From: Candidatus Stercoripulliclostridium sp.
GTDB taxonomy: Bacteria > Bacillota > Clostridia > Christensenellales > DTU072
Length of the DNA stretch: 64,000 nt
Direction of reading: 5' to 3'
Assembly (NCBI GenBank): GCA_045577735.1
Contig: JAZNIY010000013.1
Span: forward strand, 26,702 to 90,701
Shown: in pieces, positions 45,301 through 53,649 of the stretch
Numbering within the stretch: the stretch's first letter is position 1
Layout: each line of letters begins with the position of its first letter
The notes under the pieces: model-generated
Seen by the model: only the letters and a program-made list of their open reading frames with translations
What the model was told of the DNA's origin: nothing
Database searches by the model: none
Program-made: the position numbers and the translations under genes

Positions 45301-46027
45301 ACTTCTCCACTATGGTCTAAGCTATCCCGAGCAAGATGATACCACGGGCGCATACTATAGCTTCGATTATAGTGGCGTACACTTCACCGTCCTCAACACC
45401 AATGATTACGATGAAAAGGGTAACATGAGTGAAGCACAAATTTCTTGGTTAAAGAACGACTTGAAAGCAACCAAGAAGGATTACAAAGTAGTTATTATGC
45501 ACAAGTCACTCTATTCAGTTGGTTCACACACCAATGACTTTGAAGTTGTTGCAATGAGAAACCAACTCACCAAGATTTTTGCAGAAAACGAAGTAAGTTT
45601 GGTTCTTGCAGGTCACGATCATACCTATACCGAAACTGCATACATCGATTCAAAGGGCAAGGTTGTATCAAACAAACTAGCCGGCAAGCAAGAAGTTGGT
45701 AGAGGCAACGGCGTTCTCTACATTACCCTAGGAACCTTTGGCGACAAGTACTACGATTACGTTGGCAACAGCAAAGTTCCGGTAGACTTTGGTGAAGAAT
45801 TACACGATCCAGCACTTTCTAACCCCACCTTTGGTAAGCTTGTTTACGATGGCGACAAATTGTTCTACGTAGGATATGAATACGACCTCGAAACGGGTGA
45901 GATTTCCGAACTTCGTCCTTGCCCCCACACCGTTGAACAAATCGTTGTTATCATTTGTGTTATTGCAGTAGTGATTGTATGTGTAATCGCAATCATATGC
46001 GCAAAATGTAAGAAGAAAGTAGAATAA
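42302..46027 (+). CDS. Large membrane-anchored double metallophosphoesterase (1241 aa) with a purple-acid-phosphatase-like C-terminal unit
   Basis: N-terminal signal anchor TFLTLSVVLVALAVLLGVF. MPE unit 1: GHLTDVHYF, VVTGDLTTDG, LGNHD, SGHMH. The middle ~450 aa carries no motif I recognise. An Fn3-like PAP N-domain follows (ITVTFGENPKTDKNIVWFT...GTTYSYRVGS). MPE unit 2: LITDIQG, NCGDVVDN, NGNHD, MHKSLYS, AGHDHTY. C-terminal TM plus basic tail IVVIICVIAVVIVCVIAIICAKCKKKVE. Confidence 0.8.
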   Translation: MSKKTILSKTFLTLSVVLVALAVLLGVFSVDFDKKTAEAEEAKFIANDEIIIGHLTDVHYFPMSYGYLGDDTDFSKKVITSSKLTLESHLYVMEALDQIVEQNPEYLVVTGDLTTDGEIQAHVEIANLLRQTQNRVRANGNEDFQIFVILGNHDLYNEEAFDYSTDGSARLLPNATRYDMTKVYSSLGYPDLSDAEISAYYDTKADLSATLCPYDDAYVSGNSTAGVKFVNSSTASTTSIEWIYRENGAEQALLNGDITDYDQGEISYVANVLKDYAIIGIDEGVATVETQHHLGGILHQNIQDFLSAKKVDGEFEDKNLVSLSHRNVLPHFVSEDSLLKDFTFYNTFETADFLADLGVRYSYSGHMHANDIESRISLNGNLITDVETASATGYNAAVRYTKIERGEVDGKYAENFSTYVKKIETVDITSLVAMGYIDDAYFDRYDLYPYITEEGGRTIITDAAGYSANKVLLKIVDNMVYQYIDVDFIGNAGNLINELLPSGGIVDAIKPIVEPLINNLIVHLEDVVLSDYVYRGSNPEFKSKVRGAKLCGYVDELLQEALNMPVNSEGLALFDFVINSYLDHIGGRDVPYAQLSRGEKEALALFKDGTNVQKLIDILLDEESGLLRIINGLFEPIDLAKDLDDGQVAMIKSVLMIVDSKMKWDPHSVKLDDLVPGVLELLGGMGIDLGIDFGNDGIQAFLNHLIDSYLTDSLYTSLGEIAYGIVYSFKVDENANMENSFNGYTIYKHDVTLASNYVEGALDTTPTVEKGQLPGMITVTFGENPKTDKNIVWFTDKTVVGTDVQYVKGTKFDESKATEVVGTCEKYATTTANIDLGVYATLMHIEVNRHSIELKGLESGTTYSYRVGSKALGYWSEVYTFATAPEDDQPFELLLITDIQGSANKPYLAAEAIMANVNEVFSNGYDFIINCGDVVDNTRNWVQWEYYLSGGLQKYWASTTTVVANGNHDEYAYEKPDEEDMKFEYEWLDKDAIMDSYNYLLLHYGLSYPEQDDTTGAYYSFDYSGVHFTVLNTNDYDEKGNMSEAQISWLKNDLKATKKDYKVVIMHKSLYSVGSHTNDFEVVAMRNQLTKIFAENEVSLVLAGHDHTYTETAYIDSKGKVVSNKLAGKQEVGRGNGVLYITLGTFGDKYYDYVGNSKVPVDFGEELHDPALSNPTFGKLVYDGDKLFYVGYEYDLETGEISELRPCPHTVEQIVVIICVIAVVIVCVIAIICAKCKKKVE

Positions 46028-46914
46028 TGACCAATGAAAATACTCTCAAGATGCGCCAAATTAAGCGCATCTTGGGGGAAAGAAACCCCCATTCCCATAA
46101 GGGAGATTTTGGATACGTAGGGCTCGTAGGTGGTTCGCCAGAGTATAGTGGCGCAGTCAAACTAGCGGGCCTTTCTTGTTGCGCTTTAAGGAGTGGAGCA
46201 GGGGTGGTAAAACTAATGGTACCACGTACCATTTTACACTCCGTCATGCCCTACGTGTTGGAGGCCACTCTTCTTGGTTTGCCGGAAAGAGAGGGCTATC
46301 TAGCCTATGACGAACAAGAACTGAGTAGTGCTTTTAAAGGGCTAAAAGCCGTTGCTTTCGGCATGGGAGTAGGGCAAAGAGGAGATAACCTAGAATACCT
46401 AAAATTCCTACTTAATTTGCCCATTAAACTCATAATTGACGCAGATGGTCTAAACACGCTTGCAAAGCATTTAAACCTACTAGAAAACAAAGTGGCAAAC
46501 GTTATACTTACCCCACACGTAGCTGAGTTTGAAAGGTTGTCGGGTATAAAAAAAGAGGACGTTCTAAAAGAGCCCGTGCCCATAGCGAAGGCGTTTGCAA
46601 AAAGGAATGGAGTAACGTTGATTCTAAAGAATTCGACTAGTGTAATAACGGACGGGAACTATGTTTCAATTAACGATAGGGGAACCGTTGGAATGGCGAC
46701 GGCCGGAAGTGGAGACGTACTTTCGGGTATCCTATGCGGTCTTTCGGGATACCTTGAATCCACATTCGACATTGCTTGTGCCGGAGCGTTCATAAACGGC
46801 CTTGCTGGAGAAATTGCACTAGAGGAGAGCGAAAACAACGTTTTTAGTATGCTTGCCGGCGATACGGCAATGGCAGTTAAAAGGGCAATAAGCACAATTC
46901 TTAAAAGTGAATAA
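46027..46914 (+). CDS. nnrD: ADP-dependent NAD(P)H-hydrate dehydratase (YjeF C-terminal type, stand-alone)
   Basis: HKGDFGYVGLVGGSPEYSGAVKLA, PHVAEFERL and AGSGDVLSGI motifs. The start overlaps the upstream stop as TAATG. Confidence 0.8.
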   Translation: MTNENTLKMRQIKRILGERNPHSHKGDFGYVGLVGGSPEYSGAVKLAGLSCCALRSGAGVVKLMVPRTILHSVMPYVLEATLLGLPEREGYLAYDEQELSSAFKGLKAVAFGMGVGQRGDNLEYLKFLLNLPIKLIIDADGLNTLAKHLNLLENKVANVILTPHVAEFERLSGIKKEDVLKEPVPIAKAFAKRNGVTLILKNSTSVITDGNYVSINDRGTVGMATAGSGDVLSGILCGLSGYLESTFDIACAGAFINGLAGEIALEESENNVFSMLAGDTAMAVKRAISTILKSE

Positions 46915-46930
46915 AGTATTTTTGTAGAGA

Positions 46931-46957
46931 AAGACGTCTTAGGACGTCTTTTTTTTT
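46931..46957 (+). terminator. Intrinsic terminator after nnrD
   Basis: AAGACGTC-ttag-GACGTCTT (8-bp perfect stem) followed by T9. Confidence 0.9.
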
Positions 46958-46961
46958 CAAG

Positions 46962-46990
46962 TTGACACACGCGCGTATATAATATATAAT
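46962..46990 (+). promoter_or_regulatory. Consensus sigma-A promoter of the ABC operon
   Basis: TTGACA (46962-46967)-17 nt-TATAAT (46985-46990). The spacer contains CACGCGCGTATATA. Confidence 0.8.
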
Positions 46991-47047
46991 AAAAATAGCG
47001 TGCCTCAGTGAGTGCGCTAAAACAAGAACTTTTTAAGGGAGAGAAAG

Positions 47048-47965
47048 ATGTTAAAAATAGACCATCTTTGCAAGAAGTACATTAATAGTGACGTATATGC
47101 CGTAAAAGATCTTTGTATGGAAGTAAAGCCGGGCGAAATGTTTGGTTTCTTAGGATTAAACGGTGCAGGTAAATCAACTACAATCAAATGCATAACCGGC
47201 ATTTATCCTTTTGATAGTGGCACCATAGAAATTGATGGTCACGATATTAAAAACGATAGCCTTAACGCTAAACTCAGCATGGGTTACGTGCCCGACAACC
47301 ATTCGGTATACGAGAAACTAACGGGTAGAGAGTACGTAAATCACGTAGCCGACCTTTATTACGTTCCCAAGGAAGAAAGGCAAAAGAGAATAGAGGAGTT
47401 TGCGGAAAAGTTCCGTTTGAGTTTCGCTCTCGATCGTCAAATAAAGGGGTATAGCCACGGCATGAAGCAAAAGATTTGCATCATTGCAGCCCTTATTCAT
47501 AGGCCAAAACTTTGGATATTGGACGAACCTCTAATGGGCCTCGATCCTCAATCTATAAACGATATTATTCAAGAGATGAAGGATCATTGTGCAGAGGGAA
47601 ACACAGTGTTTTTCAGCTCTCACAATATAGATATGGTTGCAAAACTATGTGACAGAGTAGCCATAATACGTAAAGGGCAGCTTTGCGAAATAATAGATCT
47701 CCACGTTGAAGGAAACAAAGAAACGTTAGAAGAAAAGTTCCTAGCCTATACCAGCGAACCGGTTGAAGCAGTTTCTGCTTTGAAGGGCAGAAAGGCAAGA
47801 AAAGCCAACAAAAAGGCATTAAAAGAGGGCAAAGTGACCGTTGAAAACAGCGCTACGGAAAGCGTGTCTACCGGCAGAATAAAATTCCGTGAAATATTTA
47901 GGAAAAAGACTAACAAGGAGCCCAATGCTCCCAGATTCCATATGCTAAAAGGGGGTAAGCGTTAA
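47048..47965 (+). CDS. ABC transporter ATP-binding protein with a ~75-aa basic C-terminal extension
   Basis: Walker A GLNGAGKST, signature YSHGMKQK, Walker B LWILDEP, H-loop FFSSHN. The tail is rich in K/R (GRKARKANKKALKEGK...). Confidence 0.9.
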   Translation: MLKIDHLCKKYINSDVYAVKDLCMEVKPGEMFGFLGLNGAGKSTTIKCITGIYPFDSGTIEIDGHDIKNDSLNAKLSMGYVPDNHSVYEKLTGREYVNHVADLYYVPKEERQKRIEEFAEKFRLSFALDRQIKGYSHGMKQKICIIAALIHRPKLWILDEPLMGLDPQSINDIIQEMKDHCAEGNTVFFSSHNIDMVAKLCDRVAIIRKGQLCEIIDLHVEGNKETLEEKFLAYTSEPVEAVSALKGRKARKANKKALKEGKVTVENSATESVSTGRIKFREIFRKKTNKEPNAPRFHMLKGGKR

Positions 47966-49596
47966 TGAGAGATAGCCACTCAAGCCACGCAGTTAAGGCG
48001 CTCATTAAGTTGGAGCTGAACTCTCGCTTTGCAGGAGTACGCCTTAATTCCGTTAGTGGCATTCTAAAGGCTCTTTTTGGGCTTATGGCAATATGTGCAA
48101 TATATTATTTGTACGTAACTATTGCTGAAAGCATCATTTTGAGTTTTTACGTATACAATCGCGAGAGCTTGTTCCTAAAGTTGTTCGTTAGCTTGATTGG
48201 TTTCGTAATGGCGATTGGTGGAATAAGTAGTATAGTTAAGAGTTTGTTCTTTAGTGGTGACAACGAGCTACTAATTCGTTTCCCCGTTAAAGTTATGGAC
48301 GTGTTTACGGCAAAAGTGCTTGTTCAAGGCGTTATGACCTTTATTTACTTGGTCGCTATTCTTTTGCCCCTAATGCTGGTTTACGGCGAAGTAACCAAAC
48401 AACAACTTGCCTATTACCTAATGATTCCCGTTGGCATCATTCTTACCTATGCCGTGGTATTTGGAGTATCCATACTCTTTGCCATCCCATTTATGCGTGT
48501 AAAAACGTTGGTTAAAGACAAGTACGTTTTCACGTTGGTGGTTTCCACCATAACGATTGCGGGGTTGTTTGCAATCTATATGGTAGCAGTACAATCGCTA
48601 ATGGAATTTATGCAATCCAAAGCCGTTTCCTTCTTTAGCGATGGTATTATGGGCTCCATTTTTAAGGCAAGCGCATATTTTTATCCCTTTGCACAAATAA
48701 CCGAATTGATGGAACTAAAGAATTTGGCTGTAGCTATTCCTGTGGCTATAGCCGCTCCTACGTTGATATTGCTTGTTGATTTCCTAATGGTTAAGAAATA
48801 CTATTTGAAGATAATGCTTCGTAACCTAGAAATAGAGGGTTCTTCGTTCAGCAAATATAGCAACGACGTTGTTCGTCCTCATTTTGGTTCTTTGCTCAAA
48901 AAGGATTTCTTAGAGATATTTAGGAGTTTTAACTATTCTTTCCAATATCTAGCAATGAGCGCATCGGCGCCCGTTATGTCTTACTTTAGTACTAGGCTTG
49001 CAGTAGCTATAGGCTCGCAAACCATTGGCGAAACCATTGCTCCCGCTCTTGGCATAATGGTAATACTACTATTCGTTGCAATCCTTGTCAGCTTTGCAGC
49101 AACCACGGTTTCTCGCGAGGGCGATACCTTCTATATGACCAAACTTTCACCCGTACCATATAACGTTCAGGTTCTTGCAAAGTTTACGTTATATATGATA
49201 GTTTCGGGCTTGGTAGTAATATTAAGTTGTCTTGCCATATTCCTTGGTGGCTTTGTTGACGTTAAGGTATTCTTCATAATGTTAGCAATTTGCTTGCTCT
49301 TTGCAGTAGGCGAAACCTGCATGGCAATAAAGATTGACCTTGTAAAGCCTCGTTTCCCTGTGGGCGAGGGCAGAGAGATGACCTCGGGTTCACCCAACGT
49401 TTTCATTTCCCTTGTAATAGGCCTTATTTTTGCCGTTATAGGTGGCATTTGGGGCATCGCAGGTGGATATATCTTCGGTTCACTCTTTGCGCTAGGCGTT
49501 TTATTCTTGCTTGCTTTCTTGTATTGTTTGGGCTCTGCGCTATGGTGCTTCATTGGGCTCAAGAAGGCATACGCTAAAATTTCACCGGCTAGATAG
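47965..49596 (+). CDS. Polytopic ABC exporter permease-like membrane protein
   Basis: ATGA start/stop overlap with the ATPase gene. 543 aa with about 10-12 hydrophobic helices. No recognisable soluble domain. Confidence 0.7.
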   Translation: MRDSHSSHAVKALIKLELNSRFAGVRLNSVSGILKALFGLMAICAIYYLYVTIAESIILSFYVYNRESLFLKLFVSLIGFVMAIGGISSIVKSLFFSGDNELLIRFPVKVMDVFTAKVLVQGVMTFIYLVAILLPLMLVYGEVTKQQLAYYLMIPVGIILTYAVVFGVSILFAIPFMRVKTLVKDKYVFTLVVSTITIAGLFAIYMVAVQSLMEFMQSKAVSFFSDGIMGSIFKASAYFYPFAQITELMELKNLAVAIPVAIAAPTLILLVDFLMVKKYYLKIMLRNLEIEGSSFSKYSNDVVRPHFGSLLKKDFLEIFRSFNYSFQYLAMSASAPVMSYFSTRLAVAIGSQTIGETIAPALGIMVILLFVAILVSFAATTVSREGDTFYMTKLSPVPYNVQVLAKFTLYMIVSGLVVILSCLAIFLGGFVDVKVFFIMLAICLLFAVGETCMAIKIDLVKPRFPVGEGREMTSGSPNVFISLVIGLIFAVIGGIWGIAGGYIFGSLFALGVLFLLAFLYCLGSALWCFIGLKKAYAKISPAR

Positions 49597-49606
49597 GGGG
49601 TAAAAT

Positions 49607-52543
49607 ATGAAAAAGATACTTATTGGATTACTCGTTTGCATACCCCTTATAATAGTTTTTGCTATTGATATAAGTGGTGATATCATTGCGTCGGAAACCG
49701 ATATTACTATAGAAGAAATTACGTTATATCACGATGGTGATTTGATCGTTGCCGATGACCCGATAGAAATTGAAATTAACGATTACGTCAATCGCGCATA
49801 TCGTATTGAGGCCGTCACCTATCCGGCGATAGCGAAAAAGGAACTGATATGGACCTCTTCCGATAGGGGTATTGCGAGTGTTGATAGTAACGGTGACGTA
49901 ACATTTACCGGAAAGGGCTTTGGCGAGGTAAAAATATTCTGTCAATCCAAGAATAATTCTACCATTCGTGCAACGGCAGTTTTCTACGTTACTGGAACGG
50001 AACTCTATTCCATTCAAATTGTAAAGAAGGGGGAGAGCGAGTATGAAAGCGCGCTCAGTATGAACGTTGGTGAGACCCTAGTTTTAACGAAGATTGTACT
50101 TCCGGCCCCTGCGATTAAGGAAAAGAAAACGACTTGGACGTCTTCGAACGGGACGGTTGCAACCATAGATGGTAACGGTATCGTTAGAGCACTTTCAAGT
50201 GGCGTTAGTGAAATTACGGCTACAGTATACGAGCCGGCAAGGGGAGAATACGTTTCTTCTAGCGTAACGCTAACGGTAAACGCAACCAGCACCATTTTAA
50301 AGAAGAATTATTTAACCATAGGCGCATCTTCCGTTGACGTTTTAAACTACGCCTATACTAGTGGATTCGAGCTTATAGACGTAGTAGGTTCCGCAACGGT
50401 GAACGGCACCACCCTTACCTATACCGGAAGTGAGGCCGGAGAAGTAACGCTCAAGGTCAAGAGGGGAGAAAGGGTAGAAAACCTAACGGTTAGATTCACA
50501 ATGGGTGAAATAGAATTAACCTATGCTAACCTAGACGTACTACTATTAAATCATTGGGCAGACGGAGCATACGTTAGCTTAAAAACTTATGAATTCGTGT
50601 TGAATGCAGTCGTTGCCAACGATGACTATACCGGTGCTTTACCCGGAAGCATAACCTATACTTTTAGTAACAATAACGTTGTTCAACGTGATAGTGACGG
50701 AGCTCTACTGGGACTAAATAGTGGCAAGGTAACGCTTAGCGCAAGTGCTAGTGGCTTTAAGGATGCCGTTATAGAACTGGAAGTAAAAATACCTCTTGAA
50801 CACGTTGCAATAACCATCGATAACGATGAGGATGAACGAGGAGTAGAGGGGGTTCGTGTTTGGGGCGACAAATTCGCAGTAAAGGTAGAAAATCTACCCG
50901 AAGGCTACGATTTGAGTACCGTAACTCGTCCTACCGTAGATTTTATGTACGGCTACGTCAACACCTATAAGTTTGAAATTGCATCCACCATACCAGCTAT
51001 GGGAACAGCGGGTCTTGACCTAACGTTTGATTATTATTCAACCAACGAAGAATATGCTACCGTAGATTCAAACGGCGTTATAACCTTCAAGAAAGAAGCA
51101 ATAGGACATCAGGTTGGCATCTATATGGTTGCTAGGTATTCCTATGGCGCAGACTCTGCTCATGACGGATACGTATTTAACGTAGTAGACGGCATCAACC
51201 TCGGTTGGGAAATTAATGAAAACGACGATTGTGTTAACCTCGAAAAGTTGACGAATGACCCCAGTCTTGTAAACTTCGATTTGGCAATGATGTTTGCTTA
51301 CTTTGAAGAGGGCTGGTATTGGGAATATGATAGACCGGAAAAATGTGTTGACGGCAAGCAACTAAAGAAAGAAAACATTATTCTCCAAAGCGATATTTAT
51401 TACCACCCCGACCACTGGGAGCCCTATATTTTGACCTCCATTTATGGCAACGGCTTTAAGATTGACGGCAGATTCAAGGTTTCGGCAAACGACTCTTTCC
51501 TTCTTAAGATGAATCGTACGCTTGGTGGTGACATAGTATTCCAAAACCTAGTCCTTAATAGCGCAACGCCTCCCACCGATTCCGGTGACTGGTCCTCTTT
51601 GAAGGAAAAGGGAGGATATATTGCAGGCATAGGAAACCAATTCTGGGAAGACTGGGAATACGATTATTACGGCTATTGGGAAGACGATACCTATACCAAC
51701 TGGATAGATAGAACGTGGGAAAAAGACTATCGCTACGATGATGGCTACACCTTGAGCCGTGACACTAACGTGACCTTCCGTTATTGTCAAATACAAAATA
51801 CTTTTAACTCCTTGGTTGTAAAGCGTGGTAACGTTTTGGTGGAAGGCTGTATTTTCCGTAACACGGTATCGGCAGCAATAATGTACAGCCCCCAATTTGC
51901 AAACACCGAGGAAGAGCAAGTATCCAATGGTTCACCCATGCAAAAATTCAACCAAGGCACGTCGCTTACCATCAATAATTGTATATTTGCAAACTCTCTT
52001 GCACCGGCAATAATGGTTACACCACCCATAGGTCGTTCTTGTGATCCCTCACTAATGAATATTAGCATAGAGGGCAAGAACTACATCTACAACTGGAAGA
52101 AGATTAAGGACATAGACCTTGCCCTTCTTGAAGAATCCACTTTGCCCATTCCCGGCCTAGCCGACACCATTAATGGACAGATTAACGATACTTTCAAAAA
52201 GGTCCTTGCTCTAGAAGCTTATGATGATATGAAGGTTAAGAATAGGGAAACCGGTTCTGCTCGTAACGAAGACTACGTCAACCTTACCTTCTGCGCTATG
52301 GGTGTATGGTACGATCCTGCAAAGATGCCCTTAAACTACAACGCAAACGAATGGAAGAGCGTTTACGCTGACGTTAAAGACATGGGTCCCATTATCAATG
52401 CTCTTGGCAACAAACCCATTCAACTCCTTATGAATTATTCCCCCAACGAAGAGTTTAACACCATGCCCGGGGAGAATTACGATACGGCATCCGATTCCGA
52501 AGGAAGGCCTATATGGATGAAACGTCTACGCGGTGAAGAGTAG
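49607..52543 (+). CDS. Exported Big_2 (bacterial Ig-like group 2) repeat protein with a C-terminal beta-helix-like region
   Basis: Signal/anchor ILIGLLVCIPLIIVFAI. Big_2-type strands are LIWTSSDRGIASVDSNGDVTFTGKGFGEVKIF, TWTSSNGTVATIDGNGIVRALSSGVSEITATV and YYSTNEEYATVDSNGVITFKK. The C-terminal repeats FRYCQIQNTFNS, VEGCIFRNTVSAAIM and INNCIFANSLAPAIM are right-handed beta-helix-like. It starts 10 nt after the permease stop. Confidence 0.75.
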   Translation: MKKILIGLLVCIPLIIVFAIDISGDIIASETDITIEEITLYHDGDLIVADDPIEIEINDYVNRAYRIEAVTYPAIAKKELIWTSSDRGIASVDSNGDVTFTGKGFGEVKIFCQSKNNSTIRATAVFYVTGTELYSIQIVKKGESEYESALSMNVGETLVLTKIVLPAPAIKEKKTTWTSSNGTVATIDGNGIVRALSSGVSEITATVYEPARGEYVSSSVTLTVNATSTILKKNYLTIGASSVDVLNYAYTSGFELIDVVGSATVNGTTLTYTGSEAGEVTLKVKRGERVENLTVRFTMGEIELTYANLDVLLLNHWADGAYVSLKTYEFVLNAVVANDDYTGALPGSITYTFSNNNVVQRDSDGALLGLNSGKVTLSASASGFKDAVIELEVKIPLEHVAITIDNDEDERGVEGVRVWGDKFAVKVENLPEGYDLSTVTRPTVDFMYGYVNTYKFEIASTIPAMGTAGLDLTFDYYSTNEEYATVDSNGVITFKKEAIGHQVGIYMVARYSYGADSAHDGYVFNVVDGINLGWEINENDDCVNLEKLTNDPSLVNFDLAMMFAYFEEGWYWEYDRPEKCVDGKQLKKENIILQSDIYYHPDHWEPYILTSIYGNGFKIDGRFKVSANDSFLLKMNRTLGGDIVFQNLVLNSATPPTDSGDWSSLKEKGGYIAGIGNQFWEDWEYDYYGYWEDDTYTNWIDRTWEKDYRYDDGYTLSRDTNVTFRYCQIQNTFNSLVVKRGNVLVEGCIFRNTVSAAIMYSPQFANTEEEQVSNGSPMQKFNQGTSLTINNCIFANSLAPAIMVTPPIGRSCDPSLMNISIEGKNYIYNWKKIKDIDLALLEESTLPIPGLADTINGQINDTFKKVLALEAYDDMKVKNRETGSARNEDYVNLTFCAMGVWYDPAKMPLNYNANEWKSVYADVKDMGPIINALGNKPIQLLMNYSPNEEFNTMPGENYDTASDSEGRPIWMKRLRGEE

Positions 52544-52548
52544 ACCGC

Positions 52549-52637
52549 GCCTTTGAGCGTATTACATTGTTAAAAAGTCCCCCGACTGCGAGTTATTTAC
52601 GCTTAGTAAACGCCTCTTGCCGGGGGATTTTTGTCGC
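52549..52637 (+). repeat. Structured terminator-like repeat, copy 1
   Basis: 89-bp unit. The outer stem is TCCCCCG (52578-52584) with CGGGGGA (52621-52627). The apical stem-loop is TTTAC-gctta-GTAAA (52596-52610). TTTTTG follows. It begins 5 nt after the stop of 49607-52543. Confidence 0.8.
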
Positions 52638-52701
52638 GTACTGCATCTTAAAAACGCGGTCTACCATGCTCCGAAAGGAATGAAGTGCTAAGGACCAATA
52701 A

Positions 52702-52790
52702 GCCTTTGAGCGCATTACATTGTTAAAAAGTCCCCCGACTGTGAGTTATTTACGTTTAGTAAACTCCTCTTGCCGGGGGATTTTTGTCGC
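52702..52790 (+). repeat. Structured terminator-like repeat, copy 2
   Basis: Direct repeat of copy 1, 153 bp downstream, with 85 of 89 nt identical by eye. Same outer stem. The apical stem-loop is TTTAC-gttta-GTAAA (52749-52763). Confidence 0.8.
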
Positions 52791-52864
52791 ACACGACAGT
52801 AAAACTTCATCTAAACCAGTGAGCTTTAGCATGATTGAACGTTTCTAAGCAATAATATGGCATA

Positions 52865-52893
52865 TTGACACTATTAATAAGCAATGCTACAAT
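52865..52893 (+). promoter_or_regulatory. Sigma-A promoter with extended -10 for the ORFan 52970-53629
   Basis: TTGACA (52865-52870)-17 nt-TACAAT (52888-52893), preceded by TGc. Confidence 0.7.
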
Positions 52894-52969
52894 GTTTTTA
52901 TAAATAATTTGTATTGTCGCCAACAATTTTGACGGACGTGTGCGTTATATATTAATGAGGTGCTGAAAT

Positions 52970-53629
52970 ATGAAAAAAGCAATTAAAATATCCTTTTTAG
53001 CAATATTAATATGTACTTTGGTGCTGGGGCTGTTTGTTGGCGCTGTTTTGATTGAAGATAGAATAAAAAGTCCAACCGAGTTTAATCATTTCAAGTATCA
53101 AAACGAGTCTGAGTTCTGGGAAAATAGCCAAAAATACGGCTATACACTTATGCCCGGACTCTTTGAAAAAGAGCGTGGCGAAGGGGAGTTTTCTACGACC
53201 CTATATTATAAGAACAGGGAATTAGTTAGAACTAGAAACGTTTGGCAACTTAGTTTTAAGGATACGGAAAGCTTGGAGTTGGTAAGAGTGGATATTACCA
53301 CAAATCCCTCCAACTCCATGCTTTCAAAACTTACCAAAAATCAATGGATGAATGGTATTAAAAAACATGTAAATGCCACTAACGAATGGTATGAACTAGT
53401 AGAAACAACGGTGTCTAACGTAACCATAAATGGCATTGTGTATATGGTAAAAAATAACGACGAGCGCAAATATTGTATGGCGCTCTCATGCGACGCTTCC
53501 AAAGACTTGAACGTTAAGATAGGCTTAACGCTACCTATTGAAGGTGAAAACCATGATAAAGATGGGCTATGTAATAAATGTTTAGAGGCAGTCGCCACAA
53601 TTTTAGAAAACGTAGTATTGTGCTATTAA
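52970..53629 (+). CDS. Hypothetical membrane-anchored/secreted protein (ORFan, low GC)
   Basis: GAGGTG RBS. N-terminal hydrophobic segment ISFLAILICTLVLGLFVGAVLI. I recognise no motif. Sampled GC is low (19 of 60 at 53041-53100). Confidence 0.6.
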   Translation: MKKAIKISFLAILICTLVLGLFVGAVLIEDRIKSPTEFNHFKYQNESEFWENSQKYGYTLMPGLFEKERGEGEFSTTLYYKNRELVRTRNVWQLSFKDTESLELVRVDITTNPSNSMLSKLTKNQWMNGIKKHVNATNEWYELVETTVSNVTINGIVYMVKNNDERKYCMALSCDASKDLNVKIGLTLPIEGENHDKDGLCNKCLEAVATILENVVLCY

Positions 53630-53649
53630 ACCCTATAAAAAGAATAAAA

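Noticed and set aside
52549-52790. Possible CRISPR array or integron attC sites suggested by the 89-bp direct repeats.
   Set aside because: There are only two copies, 89 bp long with a 64-bp spacer, and no cas genes. Each ends in a U-tract like a terminator. I could not find attC R''/R' core sites (RYYYAAC/GTTRRRY) at the ends, and there is no integrase.
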